A stretch of 63,064 bases of DNA, counting the filler, from Perkinsus chesapeaki ATCC PRA-425 (taxonomy: Eukaryota > Protista > Perkinsozoa): the NCBI GenBank assembly GCA_013115145.1. It is 13 parts of 13 records of this genome, joined end to end, with 100 filler letters (N's around TTAATTAATTAA, not from the genome) between each part and the next. Parts side by side here need not be neighbours in the genome. Positions count along the whole stretch, not along the records: positions 10,216 to 25,046 come from JAAPAO010000741.1; positions 25,147 to 28,028 come from JAAPAO010001502.1; positions 28,129 to 35,828 come from JAAPAO010001015.1; 10 more parts are not named here. One strand, 5' to 3'. The position numbers and the translations under genes were made by a program. Shown here piece after piece: positions 22,594-34,036 of this stretch. The notes beneath the pieces were generated by a model that was not told the origin of the DNA, searched no databases, and saw nothing but the letters and a program-made list of their open reading frames with translations. Within the stretch, counting starts at the first letter, position 1, and each line of letters starts with the position of its first letter.

Positions 22594-24902
22594 TCACAAC
22601 ACCACGGAGGGTTCTTCGGGACTAGCAGCAACACCAGGAGCGACAGCAGTGGCACGTGGAGGCCCCTCCTCGTAGACAACACCATCGGCACGGCTGGCCG
22701 AGTAGGAGTACCATGGAAATTCCCAACGGTCCGGCATACCCCAATGCGGCACCTTCTCGCCTGCGTAGTTGGTCCACTGGAATGGGTCGGTGCCATGGCC
22801 AAAGGCGGGGGCGCTCACCATAAGGACCTTGTCTTGTTCCAGCAGAGAGGAGCTAGTTACCTTACAGTCGATTGCACCATATGCCTTCACAGGCCCGCAG
22901 GATTCATAAGCACTATCGCTTTGAGGTTGGTATGGCAGATCGTACCTAAAGGACAATAAAAATTCCGCTACCGAGGATCGAACTCGGGTGATTACCTGCC
23001 AGCAATGGCGTTCTTAGGGCAGTTCTCAGAAAGTGGATCGGTCCTCCAATGATTAGTTGTCATGATTCTCATCATACTCTCCGTATCATTAACCTGTCCT
23101 TGCCACTCTCGGAACAACCGTGCCCGAGGACAATCATCATACTGGTACCATTGACCGTGCTTCGCCGCTGCTGCCGTATATCCTCCGACCTGCCCCAAGA
23201 ATACCCTACCAACCATTGCAGCCTTGCTACATCCTGTATGTTCTTGAAATAGGGCCTGTTATAACTAGCCCAGTAGCCCTGCTCTTGGAGCTTATCGGAC
23301 ATGTCCTTGGCCACTATAAGGCCAGGCATTTGTTCGACCATCCAGAATGTTCCTTCCGGCATAGGCCCCACTCTGCCACTACCGTTCCATTTACGGAAGT
23401 GATTGAAGTCAATGATCATCCATTGGTTATTGTATGTCCCGCTATTGTGTCGAGAGAACGTATTGTACCTACCAGGCCACCGGCATGAGACCACCATCCG
23501 CCGCCCAGAGACCCTCCTCAGCGCCTACCAGTCTCTTCCACTAGAAGCCATCAATGTGGCCACAACGCTACGGATGACCGTGGTGACGCTCAGTGGCCTG
23601 ACCTTCTCCTGTAGCAGCCGCATACTTACAGACTCGGTCGTGGTCTCAGTAATGGCCAGCTGCGTATCATGTGTCTGACCAATTTGACCATCGGAACTAC
23701 TCAACTATTGCTAGTAGCTTACAATGAGCCAGTCATCAGTGGAGCTGAAGTAGCCGGGATAGCTACTCATGGAGATGTCCCGACTTCTAATAGAAGCATG
23801 CTGGACATGTGGGAAGGAGAAGGACTTATAGACGCGAAGCATCTCGGTGTACGTGGTCCAGGTGTTATGCGATACCTAATAGGAGCGGTCCGCCCTTCCG
23901 CTTGTTGTTCTGTTACAATGAGGTCGTCGTCTGTTAATTTGATAAGAACGCTGCATTTGGTCTCCTCGGCCATCGGGTATCGAGATATCCTCAGAGGGTC
24001 CTCAGCTCGAGCGGCAGGATCAGTGGTCACTGCCGACTCTATCTCCCCGATCTCCGAGTTTGAATTGAGCTCATAGAGCGCCAAAAATGTTACCGGCATG
24101 TAGGCCCATGATCTGCGCAGATCTTGGGCCCCGCAACCCCACTGCTGCCTTGCCTGCTTACTCGTATCCGGTTTCCTTCTTCTGTATGGCTTGCTCTTGC
24201 CGACGTACCAAACCCTCCATCATCCCGTCCAGTCTAGATAGCTGCATCCATACGTTAAACCAAAAGGCATCATCTCCGTGCTTTTCAGCGGCCTAAAGAG
24301 GCAGGTAAGCCACAGGCATTGAAATGAAGACATGCCTGCTCCCGCATAAACATGTATTGGGAATTGAGGAACGCATACACTCGAGGGTCCCGTCTAGGCT
24401 TAGACCATATCATATTGTACATATGTTGGATGACTCGACGGCAGGTAAGATACCTAAAAGGTCGGATTGATCACCTTCGGGTTAAATCCTACCCTTCAGC
24501 AAGGCCCATAGCGTAGAAGTAGTCACGGTCAGTGGCGCCAGGATGCTCATTAGTGGAAATTAGTAAGCGGCCAGTACCAGTGGTTTCCTGCTCATCTGTT
24601 AACCTAGATAGTATCTTCCCCGCTCCCACCTGCGTATCCATCCACGTTGCGTTCACCAAGCCAGCACGGCCGTCCATGGCCGCGTTAGCATCTTTGTCAT
24701 CTGGCAAGCTCTTCCTTTTAACCGAGAACTGACTGGGCTGATGATGATCACCTACTCCAGGTCTGGTGTCAGTTTCCAGAGAGATGATAGCGACGGAGGA
24801 GTCCTCTATTAGTGGTGGGGCCTCGGAATGAACCAAGGCTGCCAAGAGGAGGAGGAGGAGGACCTGCAGAATTGGCACCGCCGTTGGAAAACCGAAAAGC
24901 AT
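22594..24902 (-). CDS. Secreted phospholipase B-like protein (PLBD, Ntn-hydrolase), multi-exon
   Basis: Signal peptide MLFGFPTAVPILQVLLLLLLAALVHS. Motifs YFYAMGLAEG, KCSVLIKL (Ntn cysteine), LAITETT, HNSGTYNNQWMIIDF, GYWASYNRPYF, PRARLFR, NAIAGR, GAIDCKVT, PHWGMPDRWEFPW. Confidence 0.9.
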
Positions 24903-25146
24903 GTAGAACTTGACCTATGAGGATTGTCAAAAGCGGTATGAAGTCTCCCTAATAGGTCTGATGTGATACTGCTACTGTTAAGATGTTCCGTTCATTCTCT
25001 TGACGCAACTCGTTGATGGATGCAGGCATAATGAATGAGTGAGTAGNNNNNNNNNNNNNNNNNNNNNNNNNNNNNNNNNNNNNNNNNNNNTTAATTAATT
25101 AANNNNNNNNNNNNNNNNNNNNNNNNNNNNNNNNNNNNNNNNNNNN

Positions 25147-27907
25147 GGAAAACAACCGCTGTGCGGATAGTCGACACAGTCTTCACCGCCGAAATATAGC
25201 CCTGCAGAGTAGAGGGCTTTACCGACCCCGCCTTAGACAGCACATTCAGGTAATCCAATATACCCTTCACTGAAGCGGGTCTGCCTACTTCAATCTTACC
25301 ATTAATCAACTCATACTGCCTAACTGCCGTCTCATAGGACTTGGCTGTCTTGTCCCGAATGGAATCCGCTAGCAGGGACATCCTCCCCTCCTGCCTCTGA
25401 GTCTCTTCCATCCGCTTGAAATCTTCGGCCTCCTTCTGAAAAGCCGTCTGGTCTACTTTACCCGACGGCATACCAAAACCACTGTCAACCCCGTACTAAA
25501 ATGCATTCCCTTGCGTTATGTCACCTCAACTCAACTCTTTCCTGTAAAACAGGGGAAACCTCTCCTTCAAGAAACCAACATAAAACAATAAGTCGATTAA
25601 CACGAACGCGCCGTCAACGATGGAGCCTAGCGGTGCCTAAGCTGGCTTATCCCCCATACCCAGCGTTGATGCACGATCGTAGTTGATCCGATACCTCCAC
25701 CTCAAACCAACCACGCGGCACCTCCCCCACAATATCCTTACGGTCACTCCTGCTCAGTTTATCTGCCACTGTGTTATACCGGCCAGGAATAAAGCAGCTA
25801 GATACTCTGCCCGCCCATGAGTACAACCAACCCAATACATTCCTCATCGCCTCTGTCTTCGAAGTCCATCTCCGTATTAGGCTCGACACCGCCCGATTAT
25901 CCGAAAAACACCTGACTCGTACCCTTGATGGGTCCCTCACTCCCAGTAGCCTCTCCACCGCTAATATGCCACATGCTGCCGCTATAGCCTCTATAAAGCA
26001 AATGTCTCCCGATACTGCCCGCTCAGCCACTTCCGATGGAACATACTGGTCCAGACCGCTATGCTGGTGTTGGTACCCGCCCCATTTCCTCTTCAGCAGC
26101 AAGAGTTCCTTCCATAACTGCGGGTAGTCTGATCTAGATATTGAGAACCAGGCTTGCGTGCTCTCATCTGGTCCTACTACCAACCCTCCAATGCCATGCA
26201 GACAACCATCCGTCACTATTGACCACTGCGATTCTACCATCAAAGCTGGCTCCATTACCAACGGGCGTGACAATATATCGTAGAAATACACCATATCTTG
26301 CTCCAGCACCCCTCCTATAGTTCTCTTCCTGAGCTCTAATTTATTCATCATCGCAAGCGCTGCATATAAACCCGCTAATCTAGGTTTATGCTCCACCACT
26401 AATTGGCAAGCAAAATTTAACCTGCCTAGCAGAACCTCCAGATCCGCCCGTGTAATGGATCCCCCTCTTCTAGCGTCCTGAATCATGGAGCATACCATAT
26501 CCCGCTTCTGCTTAGGTAAAGCTATTGACCCTTTCTGCGCTTCCCAATCTAAACCCAGTTCATACCCCAGGAACTCAACCAAGGATGCCGATATAGTAAT
26601 CTTCGAGTACTCCAGATCCATCCCAAACGCCAAAGGCAAAAGCAGCAGGCTTATCACCTCTACTACCGAACCTGCCCACCAGAGGCTGTCGTCGATGTAG
26701 CAGAGGCCACCCCCTTTTCCACTTCTACTGCCTACCAAGTGATATTGAGCCCTGTGCACCCCCGAATTATACCTCGAGAAGATGAGGCATGATGAAGACA
26801 GCCCGAAGGGTAGAGAAATGTCCCATAAAACTTAGCCCAATGGTCTCGGGTCCGTCACCGCTGTGTTCTTTCGTTCACACTCCCGCAGGTCTATCAGCCT
26901 ATAAGCTCCCTTAATATCATATTTAAGCATGAAACCCAACGGACTCTCCCCCCGTACCTCCTGACCAGTAGCTGTTGCGCAGTCTGTCACAAACTGTGCT
27001 ACTTCTTTCAACCTCGGCAGCGCAGCCGTAGTTCCCATACACACTTCTTTATTTACTCCTGACCGTCTAAAGTCGCTTATCATACGGACTTTGGTCTTCT
27101 CTTTATTCTTCCAAATCGCCTTCAAACTCGTGATGACTCTGGCCCCCCTGTTTCGCGCCTCATCGAAAGATATAGCCTCCATCCGATGATGCTCAATCTC
27201 TTCTTGGATTTTTTCTTCCGCCAGAGTTGCCAGCTCTTCTTTCAACTGGTAGGATACTAGGGGCTCCCCGTCCCACAAAACCATTTCATCCGGTTCACCG
27301 CGTCGTCTTGGCTTCTCTACAAAGGCCGGCCAAACCTGAGGATTCTCCGCCATGCACGGGATCGAGACCCCTACCTGAGCTCCCCCCCCATCACATTAAG
27401 TGGGCCCGCCAGATCCTCCACTCCCTGTTTAGGGGCTGTACACCTCAAGACTGCTTCCAACAATCTACCTTTCAGCGGAGACCTCTCCGTTGAATTTTGC
27501 AATAGAGTCGCGGCTGAACCATATCCACTCTCCTGCAGAATCAATGCCAGTTCCCCCGAGAGTTTACTACCCGCCTCTTTGATGTCGTAACTATCCCATA
27601 GGTGAGCGGCGGCACCCTGATCTTTGCCATCCAACTTCACGAACGATTCCATGAAGTCCGCAGCCCCTGGCTGGCCCAACCAGTTCTGCGCCGCCTGCAT
27701 CACTGCCATCGACAGCCGTTCCGTCGTTTCGGGGTCCGTCGCCGTTTCAAACGAATAACTCTCCTCGGCCAAGTGACCCATATGAGGAAGACCACTACCA
27801 TCCATCAATGTGACCTTCTCCTCAGGACATGCCTGTATCTGCTTCACATGTGTATCCCAGATCTCCGATGGGATGAATCCGTCGGGTAATGGTCCCGATC
27901 CAAGCAT
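25147..27907 (-). mobile_element. DIRS-type tyrosine-recombinase retroelement, degenerate and partial (pol plus 5' part of the recombinase)
   Basis: RT motifs VRMISDFRRSGVN, KYDIKGAYR, SLPFGLSSS, YIDD. RNase H motifs VTDGC, FIEAIA, FSDNRAV, NTVADKLSR. Recombinase N-terminus SIRDKTAKSYETAVRQY at 25147-25471. In-frame TAA at 26832-26834 and a frameshift at the C8 run near 27385. Confidence 0.88.
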
Positions 27908-28560
27908 CAGTGGTAGGTGTCAAGCAAGCATGAGTCGCTCGCCCGGGTTGTAATGTTTCCAAGCCAGTCGGTTCAAATCCAAGCAAAAAAGTGAATACTC
28001 AAGCATGTTGGGGAGGCAATCCTAACTCNNNNNNNNNNNNNNNNNNNNNNNNNNNNNNNNNNNNNNNNNNNNTTAATTAATTAANNNNNNNNNNNNNNNN
28101 NNNNNNNNNNNNNNNNNNNNNNNNNNNNACCAACAAAGGAACTTAACCAATACTTAGAACTAGAGAACCTACACTTAGGACTCTAAAAAGAACTATGAAT
28201 ACTATGAAGTAACTATACTTATGTCTACTTTGACGTATATACTATAGCGCACTAAGCTTACATAGCTCAGCTAAGGATATGTGTGAAAGATTCGATATAA
28301 GAAGGCCTAAATGGGACAAGCTGGCACAACGAATATAAGTCGGGCTCAGCGAAGCGCTTCACGAGTTCCGCTTACATGGACTGTCTCGCTCGCCTGGAAT
28401 TTCCAGGCTGGAAACGTTTTGAAACGGTTGGGCACGAGCCGCCAGCGGCCGGGTTTTGTAAACCTTCGTAACGAAGGTTCTTAATAGAACAGTTCTTGGT
28501 CGGTGGTACTCGCCATTTTGAAGTAGTTCTCTTTTCAGTTACATTGGTTCTCGCTGATCA

Positions 28561-28857
28561 ATGAATTGCTTCTGGCTATTCGCCGTCGCTATGGGCATGA
28601 GTGCCCAGGCCGAGGAGAACCCGTTCCCGAAGTTCTCCTCTGCATGGTGGAGCTGGGAGGAAGAGTTGTCGTTTGGCAGCGACTCAACCCTAACCTCCAC
28701 CATCGGTGTGCCCTCGGTAACCAGCCAGTCTCATGTCGGCTTGGTTGATCCGACGACTGCTTATCTCGGGCTTCGTGGCGAATGGAGTTCTGCTGGCACT
28801 ATTCAACCATGTGTCGCACTTCATTTTGCTGTACTATTTGGTCTCATACTATTGTAA
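28561..28857 (+). CDS. Possible small secreted protein (signal-peptide-like start; may be spliced)
   Basis: ATG start MNCFWLFAVAMGMSAQA followed by a polar region. No family recognised. Confidence 0.3.
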   Translation: MNCFWLFAVAMGMSAQAEENPFPKFSSAWWSWEEELSFGSDSTLTSTIGVPSVTSQSHVGLVDPTTAYLGLRGEWSSAGTIQPCVALHFAVLFGLILL

Positions 28858-28949
28858 ATTACATGACATGACGATGCAGTGTAGATTCCGTTTTGTTGCG
28901 TTGTACAGTAGCAGCCACTGAGTAGCTCAAGTTCCAGACTTAACCTAAG

Positions 28950-29940
28950 AGTCCTGAAAAGTTTTCATGGATTCCACAAGATGGAAATTCCGTCATGGTA
29001 ATACCATGACGGAATTACCATCATGGTATCAGCTAACCGAGCGATTTGGACTAAATTTCTGTACCTTTGTCTCATGTCTACCTAATGCCTTGTTATGTCT
29101 CAGTGGGACATAAGAAGGCACGGGAATACGTCGACAAGTTCAACCAAGCGCAAGGAGAAGTTCTCTTAGAGAACGTGGTACAGACTGCACCGTCTAGACT
29201 AGACTATACTATATTCGCAGACTAAGTCTGCGAATATAGTATATTCAATATACTCGCGCCATTCGAGCAAGGATCCCTAGCAAGGACGACTTAGGGCACA
29301 GTTCCATTCCATCTACGTGCAGTACCCTTTCTCTTAGCACGACGTTTTCTGACGTCGTAAGATGTGCCACATCTTAGATAAAAAAGATAAGGCAAGACTT
29401 GCCTTATTTGTTTGAGAACCGCGATGCGGAGACTCTCCGTAGCTCAGTGTTGAAGTTGTTTTCATACTGGAAAAAGTATTTAATTTTCATACCGCACGAG
29501 TCACGCGGGGACCCCGCGGCGGAGTGACAAGAACTAAGTTCCAACACTGGTAGTAACTACTGGTTACTACCAATATAGTGTTGGCAACACTAACCAGTCT
29601 GGTAAACAAACTGTGTTTCAGGCACAAAGTTTATCAAGTATAGTCCCTACTAGGGACTCCCTAGTAAAGGCTCTCTTAAAGAGCCACTCTACTATACTCT
29701 GCTTTGAAAGTGTCTACTATTTTTAGTAGACTAGTTCTCACCTCTATTTTTGGATAGGTTATGTTACATTAGGTAACTTGCGTAACTTATGTAAATCGTC
29801 GATGAGAGTAAGACGTAGAATTCCTACGGTTACCGTAGTACGGTAGGAGAGACATCATCGTTCCATGCCTAGCTACCGTGATATAGAGTCTATATCACGA
29901 TAGCTAGGCATGGAACGACTCGTCTATATTATAGACGAGT
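28950..29940. repeat. ORF-free region densely packed with short palindromes
   Basis: Perfect or near-perfect examples at 28986-29016, 29205-29243, 29858-29918 and 29918-29940, plus more than a dozen 11-23-bp hairpins in between. Confidence 0.85.
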
Positions 29941-30905
29941 TCGGTTTCTCATTGTCAAACTTTTGAGAAATTATTTTTCGAATTAGCTTAAAATACTCTG
30001 CACGAGCCCACCAGGACTAACACGAATAGCTCTAGTGGAGTATGATGGCACCATATCTCCAAAGATTTTAGGTATCCACGTGTTGGCGAACTGGCCTCTG
30101 CTCTTTCTGACCAGTTGCTTTCGGTATTGCAGTGACCAGTTGCTATTTGAGGTCGTTGACAACGTGAAATATTAGTAGTGCCGCACGAGTCGTGCGTTTT
30201 TCATGAGGCGCGTGCTGCACGCATGCCATATCAGCGCCTCGGTTTCACAAGGAACTTGTGTAGTTCCAGGCTGCGATTTCCAACTACTGCTCAAGAGGAG
30301 ATTGAAGTACCTCCTAAGCACCTGACGCAGCTCCTGAGCACCTCCTGGAGCAGTAGACTTTGTCAAGCCGTCGGCTAGCAGCCGATTCGAGCATCGAAAT
30401 AGGGGCAGGCGAGGGCGCACACGCACAGGCATCTAGGCAAGTCAAGCTATGGGAGGTTTGGCAAACCTGTAGAGCTCAATGTGGCATTGGCATGATATTT
30501 CCCCGAAACATCTTAGTGATCAGCACCGCACAAGTCGTCAGTATCGAGTCGATACTATTCTGGAACGTCGAGGTCACACTCGAAAGCTTCGTATTAGAAA
30601 GGATCTCATTGGGTGTACGTGCACGCTGGCCGTTGAAACGCATATATTCATTGATAGAAAAGCTGGCCACTTCAGCTGACCCCTCGCACTAACCTCGATT
30701 CGCTAAAGCCTATCAATGACAATTGAGATTTTTAACTGGAGGCCCTCCTCTCGGCGTCCCCCGGGTAATCAGCTGTCCACGAGAGCCTCTCGTGCACTTT
30801 TTCCACCCGGCTCTAGGGAGAAACTTCTTACTTTGTTGTGTAGATGTCGACATATCCTCTTCATTTTCTAGTCGTAGATATCATTGTTTCTCCAACCGCT
30901 CAAAT

Positions 30906-31139
30906 ATGCCTGGTATCTTCTACAAGATCCTGCTAGTCGTGGGTCTTCTGAGCATTCTGGTAAGCGCTAGAAACAAAGGGACTCCTGAGGAGCGAGATGC
31001 AAAATGTAAGAAAATAGCTGAGAATCTCGGAAGTTGGTGTGATCCTGAGTGCAAGAATACAGCTAAGTGCAACATTGGACAAGGCCGTTGCTACTGCGAG
31101 CCTGATTGTTGGAGTCTTCCGAGGTCCATTGGCTGTTAA
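30906..31139 (+). CDS. 77-aa secreted cysteine-rich peptide (defensin-like Cys spacing)
   Basis: Signal peptide MPGIFYKILLVVGLLSILVSA plus 56 aa with 8 Cys, including CDPEC and GRCYC. ATG at 30906, inside the longer alternative-start ORF 30723-31139. Confidence 0.65.
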   Translation: MPGIFYKILLVVGLLSILVSARNKGTPEERDAKCKKIAENLGSWCDPECKNTAKCNIGQGRCYCEPDCWSLPRSIGC

Positions 31140-31160
31140 CACGCTATCCTGCTTGCGTGG

Positions 31161-31660
31161 CTACAACTGCCCGTATCTGATGAAGTTCATTCTTGCGAAG
31201 AGTTTATTCTGATATGCCGTTTTTCCCGTCCGTGTAGTGAAAGAGTAAACGCCACCCCAAACTAGGTCAAATGGGAGTGAGTGGCCCACGATAATGATCT
31301 CTGTGTAAAACTCGCCTATTGCCAAGTGGTTGCACTGGGGCCGTACCCACCGCTTACCGTCTTGTCGTCTTGTCCCTTTCCAATTTGTAACCGCATTTGC
31401 GTTGCAAATCATTCCTCCATTACTGACAAATTGCCAATCGTCATCATCATACTCACGTGCTGCTCACTGAGCAGTACTCAGTACATAGACGAAGACTTCA
31501 TCATGCTCTCCTGTACTGATGTGAGTCTCTTTCTTTGCAGGAATTGCAGTAAGCCATGTGCCTCGTTTTCGTCAACGTTTGATCGATCTTATTCCCATAT
31601 AATAATGACTCTATGAACTCCAACAAGGCTGCCATGGAGCTACGGAGTTGTCTGCTCAAG
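31161..31660 (-). CDS. Possible small spliced hypothetical gene
   Basis: Consecutive minus-strand ORFs 31501-31731 and 31161-31412 with protein-like composition. No family recognised. Confidence 0.25.
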
Positions 31661-32142
31661 CGTGGCAGCCGCGAAAGGGAGAGAGAGCCTTGTCGGCGAA
31701 GATTCGTTACGAGTAACATTAGTAAGTGCAACTCCTCACCGGTCGGTCCACATCCGATGATTCCCGTCGAGGATAGCTCTTACTTTACAAGCCACCGAGA
31801 ACGTTCTGGGGAGCGAGGTTTTACTGGCAACACAAGACTGGCAAAATATGGATTCATCAAAGACAATTATTGAAACGTAACAGCGGACCAACCGAGCATG
31901 TGCAGAACTGGTACGGAACTGCTCGGATCTACATGGTTACTCTACAAGAACAAAATCAATGCCAAATTACTTTAAACAATCTAAGGAACTGTCACGATAA
32001 CACTAACAGAACTGGTCTCTTCAGCGGGACTCGCTCACTAATTTAATCACAAAAGCGTTTCATTTCACGATGTGATCAGCACTGCTGATGTAGCACTCAA
32101 TCTTTAACCTCTACTGAATAGCCGCGGACCACAGAAACCTGA

Positions 32143-33963
32143 TCAAATGTGTCCGGAACGTGGAGCAGTATAGCCATCCGTGATTAAAGCATCGTCAAAC
32201 CTACCTGCATTTCCTGCACCACATAAATCAACGCTCGTGCTCCGAGGCAGCTGCCGCTGGGATTCTGGTTTCAGACCGAGAATAGCTCCCAGCTTTCTCC
32301 GGATGCATACGCGTCCCTCTTCAGCTGCACTATCCCCTTCCGTCATGTTGGCAATCACTGTAACCAACATGAACAGTCGACGCTCCACTGCCTTGTCAGT
32401 AATACCAGTCCCTCCGCCAATCACCCGAAACCGATGCAGCGCACTGCTCCTTCTCAACCGGTCTAGTGCCACAATGACTCTCGATTCCTCTGCTGGTAAA
32501 CCTCCCATAGTGTTCTGCGGAAACGATGCCCGGTGGATCCGTGTTGCGACCAGGGATGACTCTGTAGACTTCAACCACTTGTTCCAAATCTCAGAGGCGA
32601 AGAGCTCCGCCTGAGGCAGCGAAATACAGTTGTCGTTGAATGCAGGAGAAAGACCGCAGAGTAAGCGCTCCAGTATGACCAACTGGTCATAGACGTAAGC
32701 CTCTTTCGTTAGCCAAGTGCACGGGTTGCATCTGACAACCTTCGATATGGCATCCAAGAGACCCCGGTCGGTAACCAAGGCAGTCAGGTTCGTCTCCTTG
32801 CCGAAGCAATTGCCGGACAGCAATAGACAGACCAGCATCCTTGCAAGGCACTCGGACAGTCTTTCTATGCGTTCCCCTAGTTTCTCGTTCTTAGATATCA
32901 TTCTGTCCCTGGCCACATGGTCCCCTACAACAAAGCCCATAGCCCGCCTGATAAGGCTGGTACCTTCGCTACTGCTGCGGACAACCTGTACTGCCGAGCG
33001 CATCAAAGCGGGGACTTCCGACCACAGCGAATGCTGCTCTTGCATGAGCTCATACAGCTGAAGCATTCGAGAGAGCTCACAGTCGTTCGTTATCGCCAGA
33101 ATGGCCTCAGCGGTTAATCGTTTAATTCCAGCCAGACACCGACTGCACACGAGCCCAGCGGACTCCGGCGCGTTCCCCAGTGACCCGCTGGTGAGGATTC
33201 CCAGAGATCTTCGGCAGCACAAAGGCACATAGAGGGCGGCCTGCTCGATCAGGTACTTGCCGGTCTTAAAGCTATTAGACGGGTCCATACAAGCAAGATA
33301 CTTCTTGCCGATCGCCGCATCACAGCCACCACACGTAACGTTGCAGACAACATACCGCCCGGTCGTGAAAGTGGTGTTATAAGCCAAGGCCTCCTCACTG
33401 ATGACTTTCTCGAACACACGGTCGACAAGAAAGGCTGGCCCTCTCCCCCCGTGGTAGTTGTCGCTTATTATACCGGCGTTCAACAAAACTGGGCTATGAC
33501 AGACCGTACAATAGAAAGTTGTCGATGCCGGCAGACCGTTTCGCAATTCGATGCGAAACGGACTAGAAGGATTTTCCTTCAAGTAAATGGCGAGCTCTTC
33601 AGGCTCCGGGGCTTGGATGTCGGCCTCACGCATGAGGTGGATTCTAGGCCACTGAGCCAGCGTTCCCATTAGTCTGCAGAATCGGGACATACCGCTCTCC
33701 CCTTCCCTCCTCACGTGCGAACTATGCGCGATTTCCCGCAGCATCCGGTGAACCCGTTGCAGCATGGCTCTGTTCACCAGGGCTATTGCCATCAGCTCCA
33801 CAGGGGCATCAACAATGAAGGGTATGATAACTTCCTCAACCACCTGCTGTGGCAAGTCCTCCCACACTAACAAATCTTGACTAGTTTTTTGTAAATCATC
33901 GCGACCAGAAATGTCGAAACTTCCTCGACTTGTCGCTACCGTGGACGCATCTGACATCATCAC
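32143..33963 (-). CDS. 606-aa intronless protein: F-box-like N-terminus, Yippee/Mis18 zinc domain and helical C-terminus
   Basis: FYCTVCHSPV..IISDNYHGGRGPAFLVDRV..TTGRYVVCNVTCGGCDAAIGKKY..SFKTGKYLIE is a typical Yippee domain. WEDLPQQVVEEVIIPF..LMAIALVNRAM is F-box-like. Confidence 0.85.
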   Translation of the reverse strand: MMMSDASTVATSRGSFDISGRDDLQKTSQDLLVWEDLPQQVVEEVIIPFIVDAPVELMAIALVNRAMLQRVHRMLREIAHSSHVRREGESGMSRFCRLMGTLAQWPRIHLMREADIQAPEPEELAIYLKENPSSPFRIELRNGLPASTTFYCTVCHSPVLLNAGIISDNYHGGRGPAFLVDRVFEKVISEEALAYNTTFTTGRYVVCNVTCGGCDAAIGKKYLACMDPSNSFKTGKYLIEQAALYVPLCCRRSLGILTSGSLGNAPESAGLVCSRCLAGIKRLTAEAILAITNDCELSRMLQLYELMQEQHSLWSEVPALMRSAVQVVRSSSEGTSLIRRAMGFVVGDHVARDRMISKNEKLGERIERLSECLARMLVCLLLSGNCFGKETNLTALVTDRGLLDAISKVVRCNPCTWLTKEAYVYDQLVILERLLCGLSPAFNDNCISLPQAELFASEIWNKWLKSTESSLVATRIHRASFPQNTMGGLPAEESRVIVALDRLRRSSALHRFRVIGGGTGITDKAVERRLFMLVTVIANMTEGDSAAEEGRVCIRRKLGAILGLKPESQRQLPRSTSVDLCGAGNAGRFDDALITDGYTAPRSGHI

Positions 33964-34036
33964 GGCAAAGCTGTCATACCGTATTTCCCCTTAACTAGCG
34001 AACTAAACACCAAGTGCATCTATGACAACAACCTTA

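Noticed and set aside
30172-30670. RLLADGLTK, resembling a Copia RNase H C-terminus
   Set aside because: Single short motif. The upstream Copia RNase H motifs could not be recovered in any frame. At best a heavily decayed remnant.
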